A stretch of DNA of 64,000 nucleotides from an uncultured candidate division Zixibacteria bacterium (GTDB lineage Bacteria; Zixibacteria; MSB-5A5; UBA10806; 4484-95), in assembly GCA_963668625.2 (NCBI GenBank), contig CAXXKA010000001.1, positions 384,001 to 448,000 on the forward strand, read 5' to 3'. Each line of letters starts with the position of its first letter. The stretch's first letter is position 1. The notes beneath the pieces were generated by a model. The model was not told the origin of the DNA, did not search any database, and saw only the letters and a list, made by a program, of their open reading frames with translations. Of the stretch, positions 38,004 to 47,916 are shown in pieces. Both the position numbers and the translations under genes were made by a program.

Positions 38004-39980
38004 TTGAGAATAATGCTAATCTCGTTGTTGGTCATATTTATGGTATCAATTGCAATGCCATTTGAAAACGACGAGTTGCCATTTGGCGCGATGTATTACA
38101 ACGATTATAGCCAGGGTGATTTGGACGATTTGGATTTGACGTGTTTCAATTTTATATCGGATTACGATTATGTCAATGATACTAAGTTGCAGGATGTCGC
38201 CAATCGCGACTTATTTCTTATAAACTGTGGTAAGGATGGCAGCTTCAACTATGATCGTGCCACGGCTTTTTTCAGGTATACCTGGTCGAATTACGGGATA
38301 ATAGATGTTGGTTATCCCCATGCTAATCCGGAGGTAGCTATGATACCTTTATCAGGTCATTGGAGTAATGATAATTCGATGTGGGTATCCGATAGTGGTT
38401 CAGCCGATATTTTAAGCGGTTTCAGCACACATTTACAGAAGTTCAATTCTAATAATGTCGGTAATGCTTATGATGGTCAGAGAATTAAGGTTTTTGAGAG
38501 ATACTTAGGGCGGCCTTTTAGCTATGTTGATGATGGGAATATAGAATATACAATAGAAGTTGGTTCTAAGGTTGATGTTATAGGTGATACATTAGATGTG
38601 GTAGCTGTTGTTTTAACTGGTTTAAGTAAATGGGATGCGGATAGTGTATTATGGGATACGCTTGGATTAATAACCGCCGGGGATTTCGATAATGATAACA
38701 CACTTAAACCGCTTAGCTTTACCTATACTTTTCCTGATTCTTATACATATTTCTACCGTGGTTCTGCTAAAACTATATATGAAAATTCTACTAAGCGCGA
38801 TAACGCTGTATTTTCATTGGAGATACAGACAACTGGCGCCAGAGAGTTCTCGGTGGATGAGATTAAGATGTCGGATTTACCAGGAAGATATCTAGTAGAA
38901 GATACGCTCTACAACCAACAAATTAGAGCCGAATTCGATACTATAACAGCATACCCTGAAGACATCTATGGTTGGATGCAGATGGACGAGCCGGTATGGT
39001 TAAATTTTGCTCCTTTAGGACATGTAGACAGCTTAATGCACACAGTTAATTCGGATTGGGTGACTTTTACAAATTTTTGGCAATATATAAAAAACAAGGA
39101 ATCTTATTTCAATGAAGTTGATATCGACTATGTGAATCCGGATATATATCCCTTTGGCTGGTATAACAGCTACTGCGGCACTGATTATCAGATCTACAGA
39201 GAGCCGACAAAAGATGGGCCACTTGATAGGTTTGATAATCACCTTAAAATGGCAAAGCCTGACGGGGATTCTTTAGTTTTTTGGGTTACGCCACAATCTT
39301 TTGGATGTTTAGAATACGACGCCAGTAACTGCGGTTGGCGAAAACCTACTGCCTCAGAATTATCGGTTCAAACATTTATGGCTTTATCCTGGGGCGCTCG
39401 TGGAATTCATTACTGGTTTTACTATTCGACTGGTTTCAGTAACATGAGTGGGATAATCGATAATGATGGCACAAAAACAGATTCATACTATGAAATAAAA
39501 GATTACATCGGCCCATACATACAAGCCTTTGATGAGTACTATATGCCATTGAAGTGGATACATTCATATCAGTATAATCCAGATGATCCTGATGTACCTG
39601 ACAGCTCGGTTATCTCCTCGATACAGGCGTATTCCCATCCCGACAGCACAAATCCAGATGTTGGCTGGTTTCAGGTGGGTGAATTCGAGGATACTATAGG
39701 CAGTGAAAAATACTTCATGCTGGTTAATAGAGCATGCAATATCAATAGTACACTAATCGCTCCATCTGTTACAGCGATAGTTGAATTAAGCCGTGGTGCA
39801 TTTCCCAATGCTAATAGACTTTTTGTTGTTGATCTTGCCAATGATCTTGATAAAATAAATGGCGAGTGGACTGCTATTCCCGATACTACCTACTGCTATG
39901 TCAACAATCGAAATTTCTTCTACGAAACCAGGCTGCGCGCCGGCGAAGGGCGATTATATAAAATCGTAGAAATTCGCTGA
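38004..39980 (+). CDS. secreted hypothetical protein, possible glycoside-hydrolase-like fold
   Basis: Signal peptide, GGAGG RBS, GW..MDEP, DIYP, GARGIHYW, terminal L.AGEGRL motif; visibly AT-richer than flanks. Confidence 0.5.
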   Translation: MRIMLISLLVIFMVSIAMPFENDELPFGAMYYNDYSQGDLDDLDLTCFNFISDYDYVNDTKLQDVANRDLFLINCGKDGSFNYDRATAFFRYTWSNYGIIDVGYPHANPEVAMIPLSGHWSNDNSMWVSDSGSADILSGFSTHLQKFNSNNVGNAYDGQRIKVFERYLGRPFSYVDDGNIEYTIEVGSKVDVIGDTLDVVAVVLTGLSKWDADSVLWDTLGLITAGDFDNDNTLKPLSFTYTFPDSYTYFYRGSAKTIYENSTKRDNAVFSLEIQTTGAREFSVDEIKMSDLPGRYLVEDTLYNQQIRAEFDTITAYPEDIYGWMQMDEPVWLNFAPLGHVDSLMHTVNSDWVTFTNFWQYIKNKESYFNEVDIDYVNPDIYPFGWYNSYCGTDYQIYREPTKDGPLDRFDNHLKMAKPDGDSLVFWVTPQSFGCLEYDASNCGWRKPTASELSVQTFMALSWGARGIHYWFYYSTGFSNMSGIIDNDGTKTDSYYEIKDYIGPYIQAFDEYYMPLKWIHSYQYNPDDPDVPDSSVISSIQAYSHPDSTNPDVGWFQVGEFEDTIGSEKYFMLVNRACNINSTLIAPSVTAIVELSRGAFPNANRLFVVDLANDLDKINGEWTAIPDTTYCYVNNRNFFYETRLRAGEGRLYKIVEIR

Positions 39981-40129
39981 TATTTCAGGCCGTTGAAACC
40001 TATAAAGCATACATGTTAATCTATAATAATTAATACAATTATTTTTTCTTGCATATCTCATCATAACCCGTTGATATGACATAAATAACTTGAACTTTAT
40101 GACGATATAATTTATACTGGCGATACGTT

Positions 40130-40423
40130 GTGTTTATCTCAGAAACAATAAAGGTAAAACAGGATAAAACCGATAGGCGGCCTATCGAGTTTATCTGGAG
40201 GGGTGAGCCAAAACATATAGTAGAAATCATTGCCCAATGGCAGGATTGGAAATTTCCCAGAGGCGTAACTCAGGCCGATTGGAAAGCCCGCCGCCATAGG
40301 AATTACTACCAGGTGCTTTGCGATGACGGCGTTACTTACGAAATCTACCTGGATCGTAAGGACACCGATAAATTGACCTGGTACCTGTATAGGATAATCG
40401 ATGATGTCGAGCCGGTTGAATGA
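40130..40423 (+). CDS. small DUF6504-like protein
   Basis: P..FIWRG....V..I...W...W...R.YYQV....G..YEIY.D....W pattern. Confidence 0.6.
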   Translation: MFISETIKVKQDKTDRRPIEFIWRGEPKHIVEIIAQWQDWKFPRGVTQADWKARRHRNYYQVLCDDGVTYEIYLDRKDTDKLTWYLYRIIDDVEPVE

Positions 40424-40462
40424 AAATAAGCTATTTCGATAATTGAGGAGGTAATTTTTTAG

Positions 40463-41212
40463 GTGTTCTTTGTAAAAAAATTAAAGGTTTTGGGTTTGTT
40501 GCTTCTCACGGTTATGCTGATGACAGGCGCAAACTCAGAGGCGCAGGAGACAGGGACTATTATCAGCTCCAATCCTCCGGGCGCCGCGATTACTCTGGAT
40601 GGCGAATACCAGCTTACGGCGACCACACCGGTGCGTCTGCCTGATAATATCAATGGACGTTTCAAGCTAAGCGCGATGCTTTCGGGATACGAATCCTGGA
40701 GCGGCGAGGTCATGCTTCTGCCGGGACAGCAAAACAGGTTCAGTTTCAGTTTATCGCCGAAAACCAGGTTCAAAGCCATGCTTCGTTCGATGTTCATTCC
40801 GGGTTGGGGTCAGTATTATTCGGATGACAGGAGCCGGGCGTTGGTAATAAATATAGCCACTGTCGGTATGGGCGTGGGCGCGATACTGGCCGAAAATGAT
40901 TTCCGCCGTAAACGTGATGATTACAATCAGTCCAAGCTCGATTTAGCCAATGCCACCTCCTACGAGGATGTCAGCCGTCTGCGCGACCTGGTAGTTGAGA
41001 AAAACCGGGATGCCTATGATGCCGAATCATTGCGTAACACATTCGTATACGCTACGGCCGCAGTCTGGGCTTACAATGTGCTCGATGCCCTGATATTTTT
41101 CCCGAATCACAAACTCGATTTCCATCAAGAGAGCATTCCGATTAAAGGGGCCGAGATCAAGCCGGATATCTCGTTCGATCAGGTGGGCCTTAAACTGACA
41201 GCATCGTTTTAG
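40463..41212 (+). CDS. PEGA + DUF5683-like secreted/outer-membrane protein
   Basis: SNPPGAAI.LDG...TP (PEGA), RSMFIPGWGQ.Y, W.YN.LDA, terminal Phe. Confidence 0.75.
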   Translation: MFFVKKLKVLGLLLLTVMLMTGANSEAQETGTIISSNPPGAAITLDGEYQLTATTPVRLPDNINGRFKLSAMLSGYESWSGEVMLLPGQQNRFSFSLSPKTRFKAMLRSMFIPGWGQYYSDDRSRALVINIATVGMGVGAILAENDFRRKRDDYNQSKLDLANATSYEDVSRLRDLVVEKNRDAYDAESLRNTFVYATAAVWAYNVLDALIFFPNHKLDFHQESIPIKGAEIKPDISFDQVGLKLTASF

Positions 41213-41221
41213 GGGTAAGCC

Positions 41222-42766
41222 ATGAGGAAGATATTATTTAGTTTATTGATAATTGCTACAATAGCAGGCTGTGACCGCGAGATTCCCGCGCCGGTATCGA
41301 ACCCGATCTCGCCGGAGATTCCGGTTAAGCCAACCAGCCTGAGTGTTTGCGTAGGTGACAGGGAGCTACAGTTGGACTGGCATTATGGCGATACCACGGA
41401 TATTGCCTGGTATCATATCTACAATGCCGATTCTCTGTACGGAGCATATGAACTGATCGACAGCACGCAGACCAGAACTTTTCTAATAACCGGTTTGCGT
41501 AACGCCGAATATTATTTCTACAAGGTTTCGGCGGTTAACACCAACGGAGCCGAGAGTAATCTCTCAGATGCCGCCTATGGCAGACCAAACCTGTATAATA
41601 TGATCATTGAAAACGGTTTGGAGCAAACCGCCACCCGCCTGGTGACATTAACGATGGTAGCTCCCAACGGCGCCTCATTGATGAAGATAGCCAATGACTC
41701 GCTATTTACTGATGCTGCCTGGGAGGCTTACACCGCCTCTAAATCCTGGCTACTCACCGAAAGCGCCGGCGATAAGACCGTATACGTACTGTTCAGGGAT
41801 AGCGACGGTAACGATACATACACGGCGATCACGGATGATATCGAATACAATATAGCTGTATTTCATTATTCTATAACTGTCAACAACGATGCCGCTCAAA
41901 CGTATTCTCGCGATGTGTCACTCAGGATCAGCGCGCCGGACGGCACTACCTGGATGATGATTTCCAATTCGAATGATTTTTCCGAGGCTGACTGGGAGGA
42001 GTATGCCACCTCACGCGAATGGTATATACCCATCGATGTTGCCGCCAACCGGGATACCGTCGGTTTTTACGCGACTTTCCGCGATGCCAACAGTGATAGT
42101 GTCGAGATTATCGCACAGGATCTGATCGTGCTTGCCAACGCGGATTCGGTGACTCTGTATTCGGTATATCAGCCGGAGGACAGTTACCAGGAGGTAGACC
42201 TCACCTGGTCAAGATCGCTTTCGGGCGATTTCGAGTTCTACAGGGTTTTCAGGTCGAGAGGTGCTGCTAGCGCCGATACGTTGGTTTCTACTATCTACAA
42301 TATCGAGGAGACATCCTATTCGGATGGTATCGCTATTGATGAGTTATTGGATGATACACCCGTAACGGTATCATATATGATCAGGTTCTACAGTCTTTAT
42401 GATGATTCATCGGATTCCAATCCTATCAATGTCTCGCTGGTTAACAACCAGCCTCCGACTATCGCCTCGTTCATACGTGATATCAATTACGATATCGATA
42501 CTTTAAGCGGTATCGATATGGATGCTACTTTCGGGTGGCAAAGAAGCGACATTATCGATTTCGAGTCGTATGTGATCTACGAAAATACCGTCTTGAACTC
42601 GGGGTCAGCCAATCCGGTTTATTACTCTTATGATCAGAGTACTTTGAGTTACTCTTTATCCAAGAACAATGTCGATACGACTCAAGTCTATTACTATTGG
42701 CTGAAAATTGTCGATCTCGGAGGACGAGAATCGGCGTTTTCACAGCCTGACTCGGTTTATTATTGA
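41222..42766 (+). CDS. fibronectin type III-repeat lipoprotein
   Basis: Lipobox IAGC, FN3 (YFYKVSAVN..G.ES), two M.I.N...F..A.WE.Y internal repeats. Confidence 0.75.
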   Translation: MRKILFSLLIIATIAGCDREIPAPVSNPISPEIPVKPTSLSVCVGDRELQLDWHYGDTTDIAWYHIYNADSLYGAYELIDSTQTRTFLITGLRNAEYYFYKVSAVNTNGAESNLSDAAYGRPNLYNMIIENGLEQTATRLVTLTMVAPNGASLMKIANDSLFTDAAWEAYTASKSWLLTESAGDKTVYVLFRDSDGNDTYTAITDDIEYNIAVFHYSITVNNDAAQTYSRDVSLRISAPDGTTWMMISNSNDFSEADWEEYATSREWYIPIDVAANRDTVGFYATFRDANSDSVEIIAQDLIVLANADSVTLYSVYQPEDSYQEVDLTWSRSLSGDFEFYRVFRSRGAASADTLVSTIYNIEETSYSDGIAIDELLDDTPVTVSYMIRFYSLYDDSSDSNPINVSLVNNQPPTIASFIRDINYDIDTLSGIDMDATFGWQRSDIIDFESYVIYENTVLNSGSANPVYYSYDQSTLSYSLSKNNVDTTQVYYYWLKIVDLGGRESAFSQPDSVYY

Positions 42767-42832
42767 TTAGCGGTGGGTTATTTGAGCGATTCAGGTAAAT
42801 TAAGCCTTTTACCTATAGAATAAAAGAATATC

Positions 42833-42869
42833 CGGGGTTAATGGCGCTCTATGCCATAGCCCCGTTTTT
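42833..42869 (+). terminator. possible terminator or attenuator hairpin just upstream of the PrsK-like gene
   Basis: CGGGGTTAATGGC/GCCATAGCCCCG stem followed by TTTTT. Confidence 0.45.
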
Positions 42870-42883
42870 AATTTAGGAAAGAT

Positions 42884-44941
42884 ATGATCTGGGGAGTTCT
42901 TTACATAATTTCGGCTTTGCTGGCCTTGACCTGTGCCGTGCAGTTTCTGGTTAAGGTCGGCGTGCGTAAAGTTTCCATCAGTTTTAGCCTGGGAATGATT
43001 TGCCTGGCGGCAATATGTTCGGCCGCCGCCGTTATCCTTATTTACGATCCCCGACCGGAGAATTACCAGACTTTGCTTTACAAACTTGCCGGTAGTCTTC
43101 TGCCGCTGGCGGGAGCCGCCAGTCCTTTTTTCCTGCTTATAATTTCTCGGAATTTTGGCAGGCGCGATGATATCCAGAGTACCAAAGGTATTAGCATGCT
43201 TACCCGAATGGCGGGTTTGATAACGATAGTTGCCATGTATTTCATAGTTTCGGGAATGGTATACGAATCCTCGTTTTTGGAAAAAGGCTATACCCTGGTG
43301 TTCAAAGGGTTTTTATCGAAATCGGTGGGTATGGCGCTGGCTATATTGCTGGTGTTGTCGCTTCTGAACCTGGAAAATACCCGTCGTGCCTCACATGGCC
43401 CGATGCGCTGGCAGGTACTTATTCTAATGATTTTCAATATATTGATTCTAGCGGGTGTAGTAAGAATGTTTTTCCTGGGAAAGATATCCTCTAATTTCAT
43501 CGGGTACATGGCGCCGATCGCAGTTACCTGTTTGATCTGGTTGTACCTTCTATTGCTGCGTAAAGATATTTACTCCGCCAATATTGTCATAGACAGGCAA
43601 GCGTTTTTATCCTCTACGGTAGTATTGTTTTTAGGGATATTCCTGGTCGTAACCGGCATAGTGGCTTATATCATCAAAGAAATAGGCGGTCGCTCGGATG
43701 TATTTCTGTCAATAATTGGCGCGTTTCTGGTTATCGGCTTATTCTTGTTGATATTGTTATCCGATTCCATTCGCAGCCGATTCACCAGCGCCATGTTGTC
43801 TCGTATTTATGCCGGCCGCTTCGATTACAAAGCCGAATGGCGAGAATTGAGCGAGGATTTCGCCTCCTGCGATAATATTACGAATTCTCATGTATTGCTG
43901 GTCGAGAAAATAGAACGCCTGTTCGATCCGGCGAAACTGATATTGTATATAGTGGAAAATAACAAACTCGAATGCCACTGGCCGGAAAATTCAACTATTC
44001 CCGATATTAAGAGAAACGATCCGTTGGCAGAATGGATATTTTTGAAATCCGAACCGGCCTATTTTACCGATGTGGAGGAGTCTGCCCCCAGCGAGTTGAA
44101 AAGGTATGAATCGGAATATGAGGTGATGGCGCCGATAATCGCTGAAAAGAAATTAATAGGCATCGTACTACTGGGGATGAAAGGCAATCTTGCGCCTTTC
44201 AACGAGGAGGATTTTGCCATGCTCTCCGCGATATCTCATCAAGCCGCGGTTACTATGCTTCACTTGCACTCTCGCGACAGATTATTGGAATCCGAGAAAC
44301 TGGCCTCGTTCCATAAAACCGCCTCATTCGTCATACATGATCTGAAAAACGCCATTAGCATGCTTTCACTCATGGTACAAAACGCTCCCCGGAAGATGTC
44401 CGATCCTGATTTTCAGAGAGAGTCGATCAGGACTATTAATCATGCGGTTGTCAGGATGCAGAGAATTATAGAGAAGCTTAAAACGCCGCCGGATAAAGAA
44501 CAATTACAGATAGCCCCCATTAATCCGATCAAGTCATTGTATGGGGCTATCGAAAAAAGCGGTGTTGTCAATAAAAATAATGTCGAGGTCAAAATATTGT
44601 GTGATGAGGTACAGCCGGTTAATACCGACGCCGGCGTTCTGGAGACGGTATTTATAAATCTTCTGATAAACGCGGTGGAAGCGATGCCGACCGGCGGGAA
44701 GATCGAGATAGACCAGAGAATAGTAAACGATAGACCTCAAATGACTATTCGGGATGAGGGGATAGGCATGGATCAGTCGTTTATCGATAAAAAGTTGTTT
44801 CGTCCTTTTGAAACTACCAAACCCAAAGGACTCGGTGTCGGGCTGTATCAATGCCGGGAGATGCTTAAAGAAGCAGGCGGCGAGATCAAAGTCGAAAGCT
44901 CGACAGGAAAAGGGACTACATTCACACTGGTGTTTCCATGA
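42884..44941 (+). CDS. prsK: PrsK-like multi-TM GAF histidine kinase
   Basis: Many TM helices, NLENT, RFDYKAEW, FVIHDLKN, LFRPFETTK.KGLGVGLYQ. Confidence 0.82.
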   Translation: MIWGVLYIISALLALTCAVQFLVKVGVRKVSISFSLGMICLAAICSAAAVILIYDPRPENYQTLLYKLAGSLLPLAGAASPFFLLIISRNFGRRDDIQSTKGISMLTRMAGLITIVAMYFIVSGMVYESSFLEKGYTLVFKGFLSKSVGMALAILLVLSLLNLENTRRASHGPMRWQVLILMIFNILILAGVVRMFFLGKISSNFIGYMAPIAVTCLIWLYLLLLRKDIYSANIVIDRQAFLSSTVVLFLGIFLVVTGIVAYIIKEIGGRSDVFLSIIGAFLVIGLFLLILLSDSIRSRFTSAMLSRIYAGRFDYKAEWRELSEDFASCDNITNSHVLLVEKIERLFDPAKLILYIVENNKLECHWPENSTIPDIKRNDPLAEWIFLKSEPAYFTDVEESAPSELKRYESEYEVMAPIIAEKKLIGIVLLGMKGNLAPFNEEDFAMLSAISHQAAVTMLHLHSRDRLLESEKLASFHKTASFVIHDLKNAISMLSLMVQNAPRKMSDPDFQRESIRTINHAVVRMQRIIEKLKTPPDKEQLQIAPINPIKSLYGAIEKSGVVNKNNVEVKILCDEVQPVNTDAGVLETVFINLLINAVEAMPTGGKIEIDQRIVNDRPQMTIRDEGIGMDQSFIDKKLFRPFETTKPKGLGVGLYQCREMLKEAGGEIKVESSTGKGTTFTLVFP

Positions 44942-46305
44942 ACGGTGATAGAGCTAAAGTATTAATCGTCGATGATGACGAGGGGATACGCAACCAACTC
45001 AAGTGGGCTCTGGATGACGATTACGATATCGATACGGCGGCTTCGGTCGAACAGACCAAGGAGCGGCTTAAGGAGTTCGAGCCGGATCTTATTACTCTCG
45101 ATATTTCGCTTTCGCCATTCGCGGGCGATCCGGATGGCATAGATCTTCTGGCGGAGGTGGTGAAATGGGATCACACCGCTAAAGTGATAATGATAACCGG
45201 ACTCGAAGACAAAACCAAAGCCCTGGAGGCTGTCAGGCTGGGGGCATATGATTTCTACCAGAAACCGATCAATATAGACGAGATAAAAATCATAATATCA
45301 CGCGCGCTCTTAATGCAGAACCTCGAACGCGAAAACCGTCAACTGGCGGATAAAATTATCGAGGCCAAAGCCTACCAGAATATAATCGGCAATCACCCCT
45401 CCATGCAGGATGTATATAAAACTATCGATTCGGTCGCCCCGGTCGATATCACCGTGCTGGTTACGGGAGAGTCGGGTACGGGTAAAGAGCTTGTCAGCAG
45501 GGCAATTCATGCTAAAAGCCCTCGCGCCGACAATCCGTTCGTAGCCATAAACTGCGGTGCGATACCGGAGGCGCTTTTAGAGTCGGAATTATTCGGTCAC
45601 GAGCGAGGAGCTTTCACCGGCGCGTACAAGCAGAAAATCGGCAGGCTGGAGACGGCCAACGGCGGCACGTTGTTTTTAGATGAGGTCGCCGAGCTGCCGA
45701 TGGGATTGCAGGCCAAGATTCTCAGGTTTTTGCAGGATCACTGCATAGAACGAATTGGCGGTAAGGATACGATCGAACTGGATGTTCGAGTGGTGGCGGC
45801 CACGAACAAAGATTTAAACGAAGCGATGAATGAAAAGACATTTCGTAATGATTTATTCTATCGTCTCTCTGTAGTCAATATAGAACTTCCACCGCTGCGC
45901 GATCGCGGCACCGATATAATCCTTCTGGCGAATTATTTTCTGGATAAATACACAAGGCGTTATTCGAAAACAGGCATGAAGATGGCGGATGAACTCGGGA
46001 ATGTGTTAAATAACTATAGTTGGCCGGGAAATATCCGTGAATTGGAAAACAGGATAAAACGCGGAGTGATAGTATCCCAGGATCCACGAATCACCGCCGA
46101 GGATATGAATATCGATATGAACAATGTGTCCTCGAAAGGACCGCTCACGTTGGCCATGTTCCGCGAGGTTTACGAGAAAAAATATATCAAGGACAGGGTG
46201 GAATTCAATCGATGGAATATCTCCAGGGTTGCCCGTGAACTTGATTTGAGCCGAACCACGCTCTATGATTTGCTCAACAAATACGGTATTTCTAAAAATA
46301 AATAG
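44938..46305 (+). CDS. prsR: PrsR-like sigma-54-dependent response regulator
   Basis: DD.GI..QLKWAL, GAYDFYQKP, GESGTGKE, GAFTGA, terminal HTH; coupled to the PrsK-like gene. Confidence 0.85.
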   Translation: MNGDRAKVLIVDDDEGIRNQLKWALDDDYDIDTAASVEQTKERLKEFEPDLITLDISLSPFAGDPDGIDLLAEVVKWDHTAKVIMITGLEDKTKALEAVRLGAYDFYQKPINIDEIKIIISRALLMQNLERENRQLADKIIEAKAYQNIIGNHPSMQDVYKTIDSVAPVDITVLVTGESGTGKELVSRAIHAKSPRADNPFVAINCGAIPEALLESELFGHERGAFTGAYKQKIGRLETANGGTLFLDEVAELPMGLQAKILRFLQDHCIERIGGKDTIELDVRVVAATNKDLNEAMNEKTFRNDLFYRLSVVNIELPPLRDRGTDIILLANYFLDKYTRRYSKTGMKMADELGNVLNNYSWPGNIRELENRIKRGVIVSQDPRITAEDMNIDMNNVSSKGPLTLAMFREVYEKKYIKDRVEFNRWNISRVARELDLSRTTLYDLLNKYGISKNK

Positions 46306-46544
46306 GCAATTGACACCTCATGTATATGTTTCATTTTGAATATGTATCGTATCAGTCATTTAGAAAAAGTGAAACTTTTATAAAAGATTTATAAGTTGTT
46401 GGCTGATAATAGTAAAAAATAGTTGTCCGAATTATTAACTCGATAGTTTCCTTTGTCGGAACGAAATTTGATCGTTAAGTTAGTAGTTTGGATAATCGGA
46501 AACGTGATCTTGAGTGAGTATTCGGTAATGGCATGAAACAATTA

Positions 46545-46571
46545 AAAAGTTTTCAGACTTGTTACCGATAA
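46545..46571 (+). promoter_or_regulatory. sigma-28-like promoter of pilin 1
   Basis: AAAAGTTT-N11-ACCGATAA versus consensus TAAAGTTT-N11-GCCGATAA. Confidence 0.55.
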
Positions 46572-46590
46572 CCATAAAGTGAGGCGCGAA

Positions 46591-47007
46591 ATGAAAAGAT
46601 CAAGAGCAGGCTTTACCCTGATTGAATTGATGATAGTTGTCGTTATCATCGGGATATTGGCGGCAATGGCAATACCGCGATTTATGCGCGGCTCAACCAA
46701 AGCAAAGCAGTCTGAGGCACGGGAGATACTCAAGCAGGTATACACCATGGAGCGCTGTTATTTCGTAGAACATGAAAATTACATACTAAACGGTGTAACC
46801 GCAAGCGCTATCGCGCCTGATGCATTCGAGGATCTGGCAATCGAACTCATGTCCACCGCCCGATATACATATGTTATAACCGTTCCCGACCCCATGCATT
46901 TTAACTGTATTGCCACAGCCAACCTGGATGATGACGCGATAATCGATACCTGGATAATTGACGACACCGGTGAACTGGTAAACACCATAAATGACTCGGC
47001 GGACTAA
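46591..47007 (+). CDS. type IVa pilin (copy 1)
   Basis: G|FTLIELMIVVVIIGILAAMAIP class III signal; start ATG 46591 after GAGG. Confidence 0.9.
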   Translation: MKRSRAGFTLIELMIVVVIIGILAAMAIPRFMRGSTKAKQSEAREILKQVYTMERCYFVEHENYILNGVTASAIAPDAFEDLAIELMSTARYTYVITVPDPMHFNCIATANLDDDAIIDTWIIDDTGELVNTINDSAD

Positions 47008-47041
47008 TGCGATTTTAAATACATATCAATCACTGGATTTT

Positions 47042-47076
47042 AAATTCACGGTTTCTTACGGCCGTGAATTTTTTTT
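47042..47076 (+). terminator. rho-independent terminator between the pilin genes
   Basis: AAATTCACGG/CCGTGAATTT stem plus T run. Confidence 0.75.
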
Positions 47077-47144
47077 GTTTTTTCAATATAATCAGTAATC
47101 CTTAATCGAAATATGGATAATAAATTCAAGAACGTCAAAATCCA

Positions 47145-47164
47145 TTGCATTTTGCAAAATGCAA
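47145..47164. promoter_or_regulatory. perfect 20-bp palindrome, putative enhancer
   Basis: TTGCATTTTGCAAAATGCAA about 110-130 bp upstream of a -24 element. Confidence 0.55.
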
Positions 47165-47275
47165 GGTGGTCGATCTCATTTGAACTCCTCGTATTTAATG
47201 TCCTTTAGAACATATTGAATTTTAATTCTTTGACGATAATAAAGTTATACCGAGCTATTACAGTATTTGCCGCTT

Positions 47276-47291
47276 TGGCACGCATATTGAA
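47276..47291 (+). promoter_or_regulatory. sigma-54 promoter of pilin 2
   Basis: TGGCACGCATATTGAA, GG-N10-GA (non-canonical -12). Confidence 0.6.
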
Positions 47292-47400
47292 ACGTATGAA
47301 AAGTAAATAGCCGAAATAAAAGCAGGCAAATTAAAGGACAATAAAAAGAAAACGATAAAACTAATAAAACTAAAGAACCCTTAAATCAGCGAGGTGAGAG

Positions 47401-47829
47401 ATGCTCAGCAAGTTTCACAAGAACAACAAAAAAGGTTTTACACTTATCGAGTTAATGATCGTGGTCGTTATCATCGGTATCTTAGCCGCTCTGGCTATCC
47501 CGAGATTCATGCGTTCCACAACCAAGGCTAAGATGTCAGAGGCCCGTCAGCTCTTAAAGCAGATCTATACGATGCAGCGCGCTTATCGTCAGGAAAAAGA
47601 TACGTATGCCTGTAACGGTTTGACTGCAACCGCTGCTGCCGGTGATGCTTTCGCCGATATCGGTGTTGACGTTGGCGCCAGCGCTCGTTACTCCTATGCC
47701 ATGACTGCCGATGCCGGTACGTTCACCTGTCAAGCCACAGCAAACCTTGACGATGACGCTATTATCGATACCTGGGAAATCGATGAGTCCGGTACCCTGA
47801 CTCATACCATTGACGATTCGACTGACTAA
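47401..47829 (+). CDS. pilA: type IVa pilin (copy 2, probable major pilin)
   Basis: KKG|FTLIELMIVVVIIGILAALAIP; GAGGTG RBS; own terminator; upstream of pilD. Confidence 0.88.
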   Translation: MLSKFHKNNKKGFTLIELMIVVVIIGILAALAIPRFMRSTTKAKMSEARQLLKQIYTMQRAYRQEKDTYACNGLTATAAAGDAFADIGVDVGASARYSYAMTADAGTFTCQATANLDDDAIIDTWEIDESGTLTHTIDDSTD

Positions 47830-47849
47830 ACTTAGCTTAGCAAGTTTGG

Positions 47850-47878
47850 AAGGGGACTCTGTTGAGTCCCCTTTTTTT
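47850..47878 (+). terminator. rho-independent terminator
   Basis: AAGGGGACTC-TGTT-GAGTCCCC followed by a T run. Confidence 0.85.
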
Positions 47879-47916
47879 AATTGCAAAATTTCAACACTTG
47901 AGATAGAATAGGAATC

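Noticed and set aside
46529-46544. sigma-54 promoter for pilin 1 (TGGCATG)
   Set aside because: No -12 element at the required spacing
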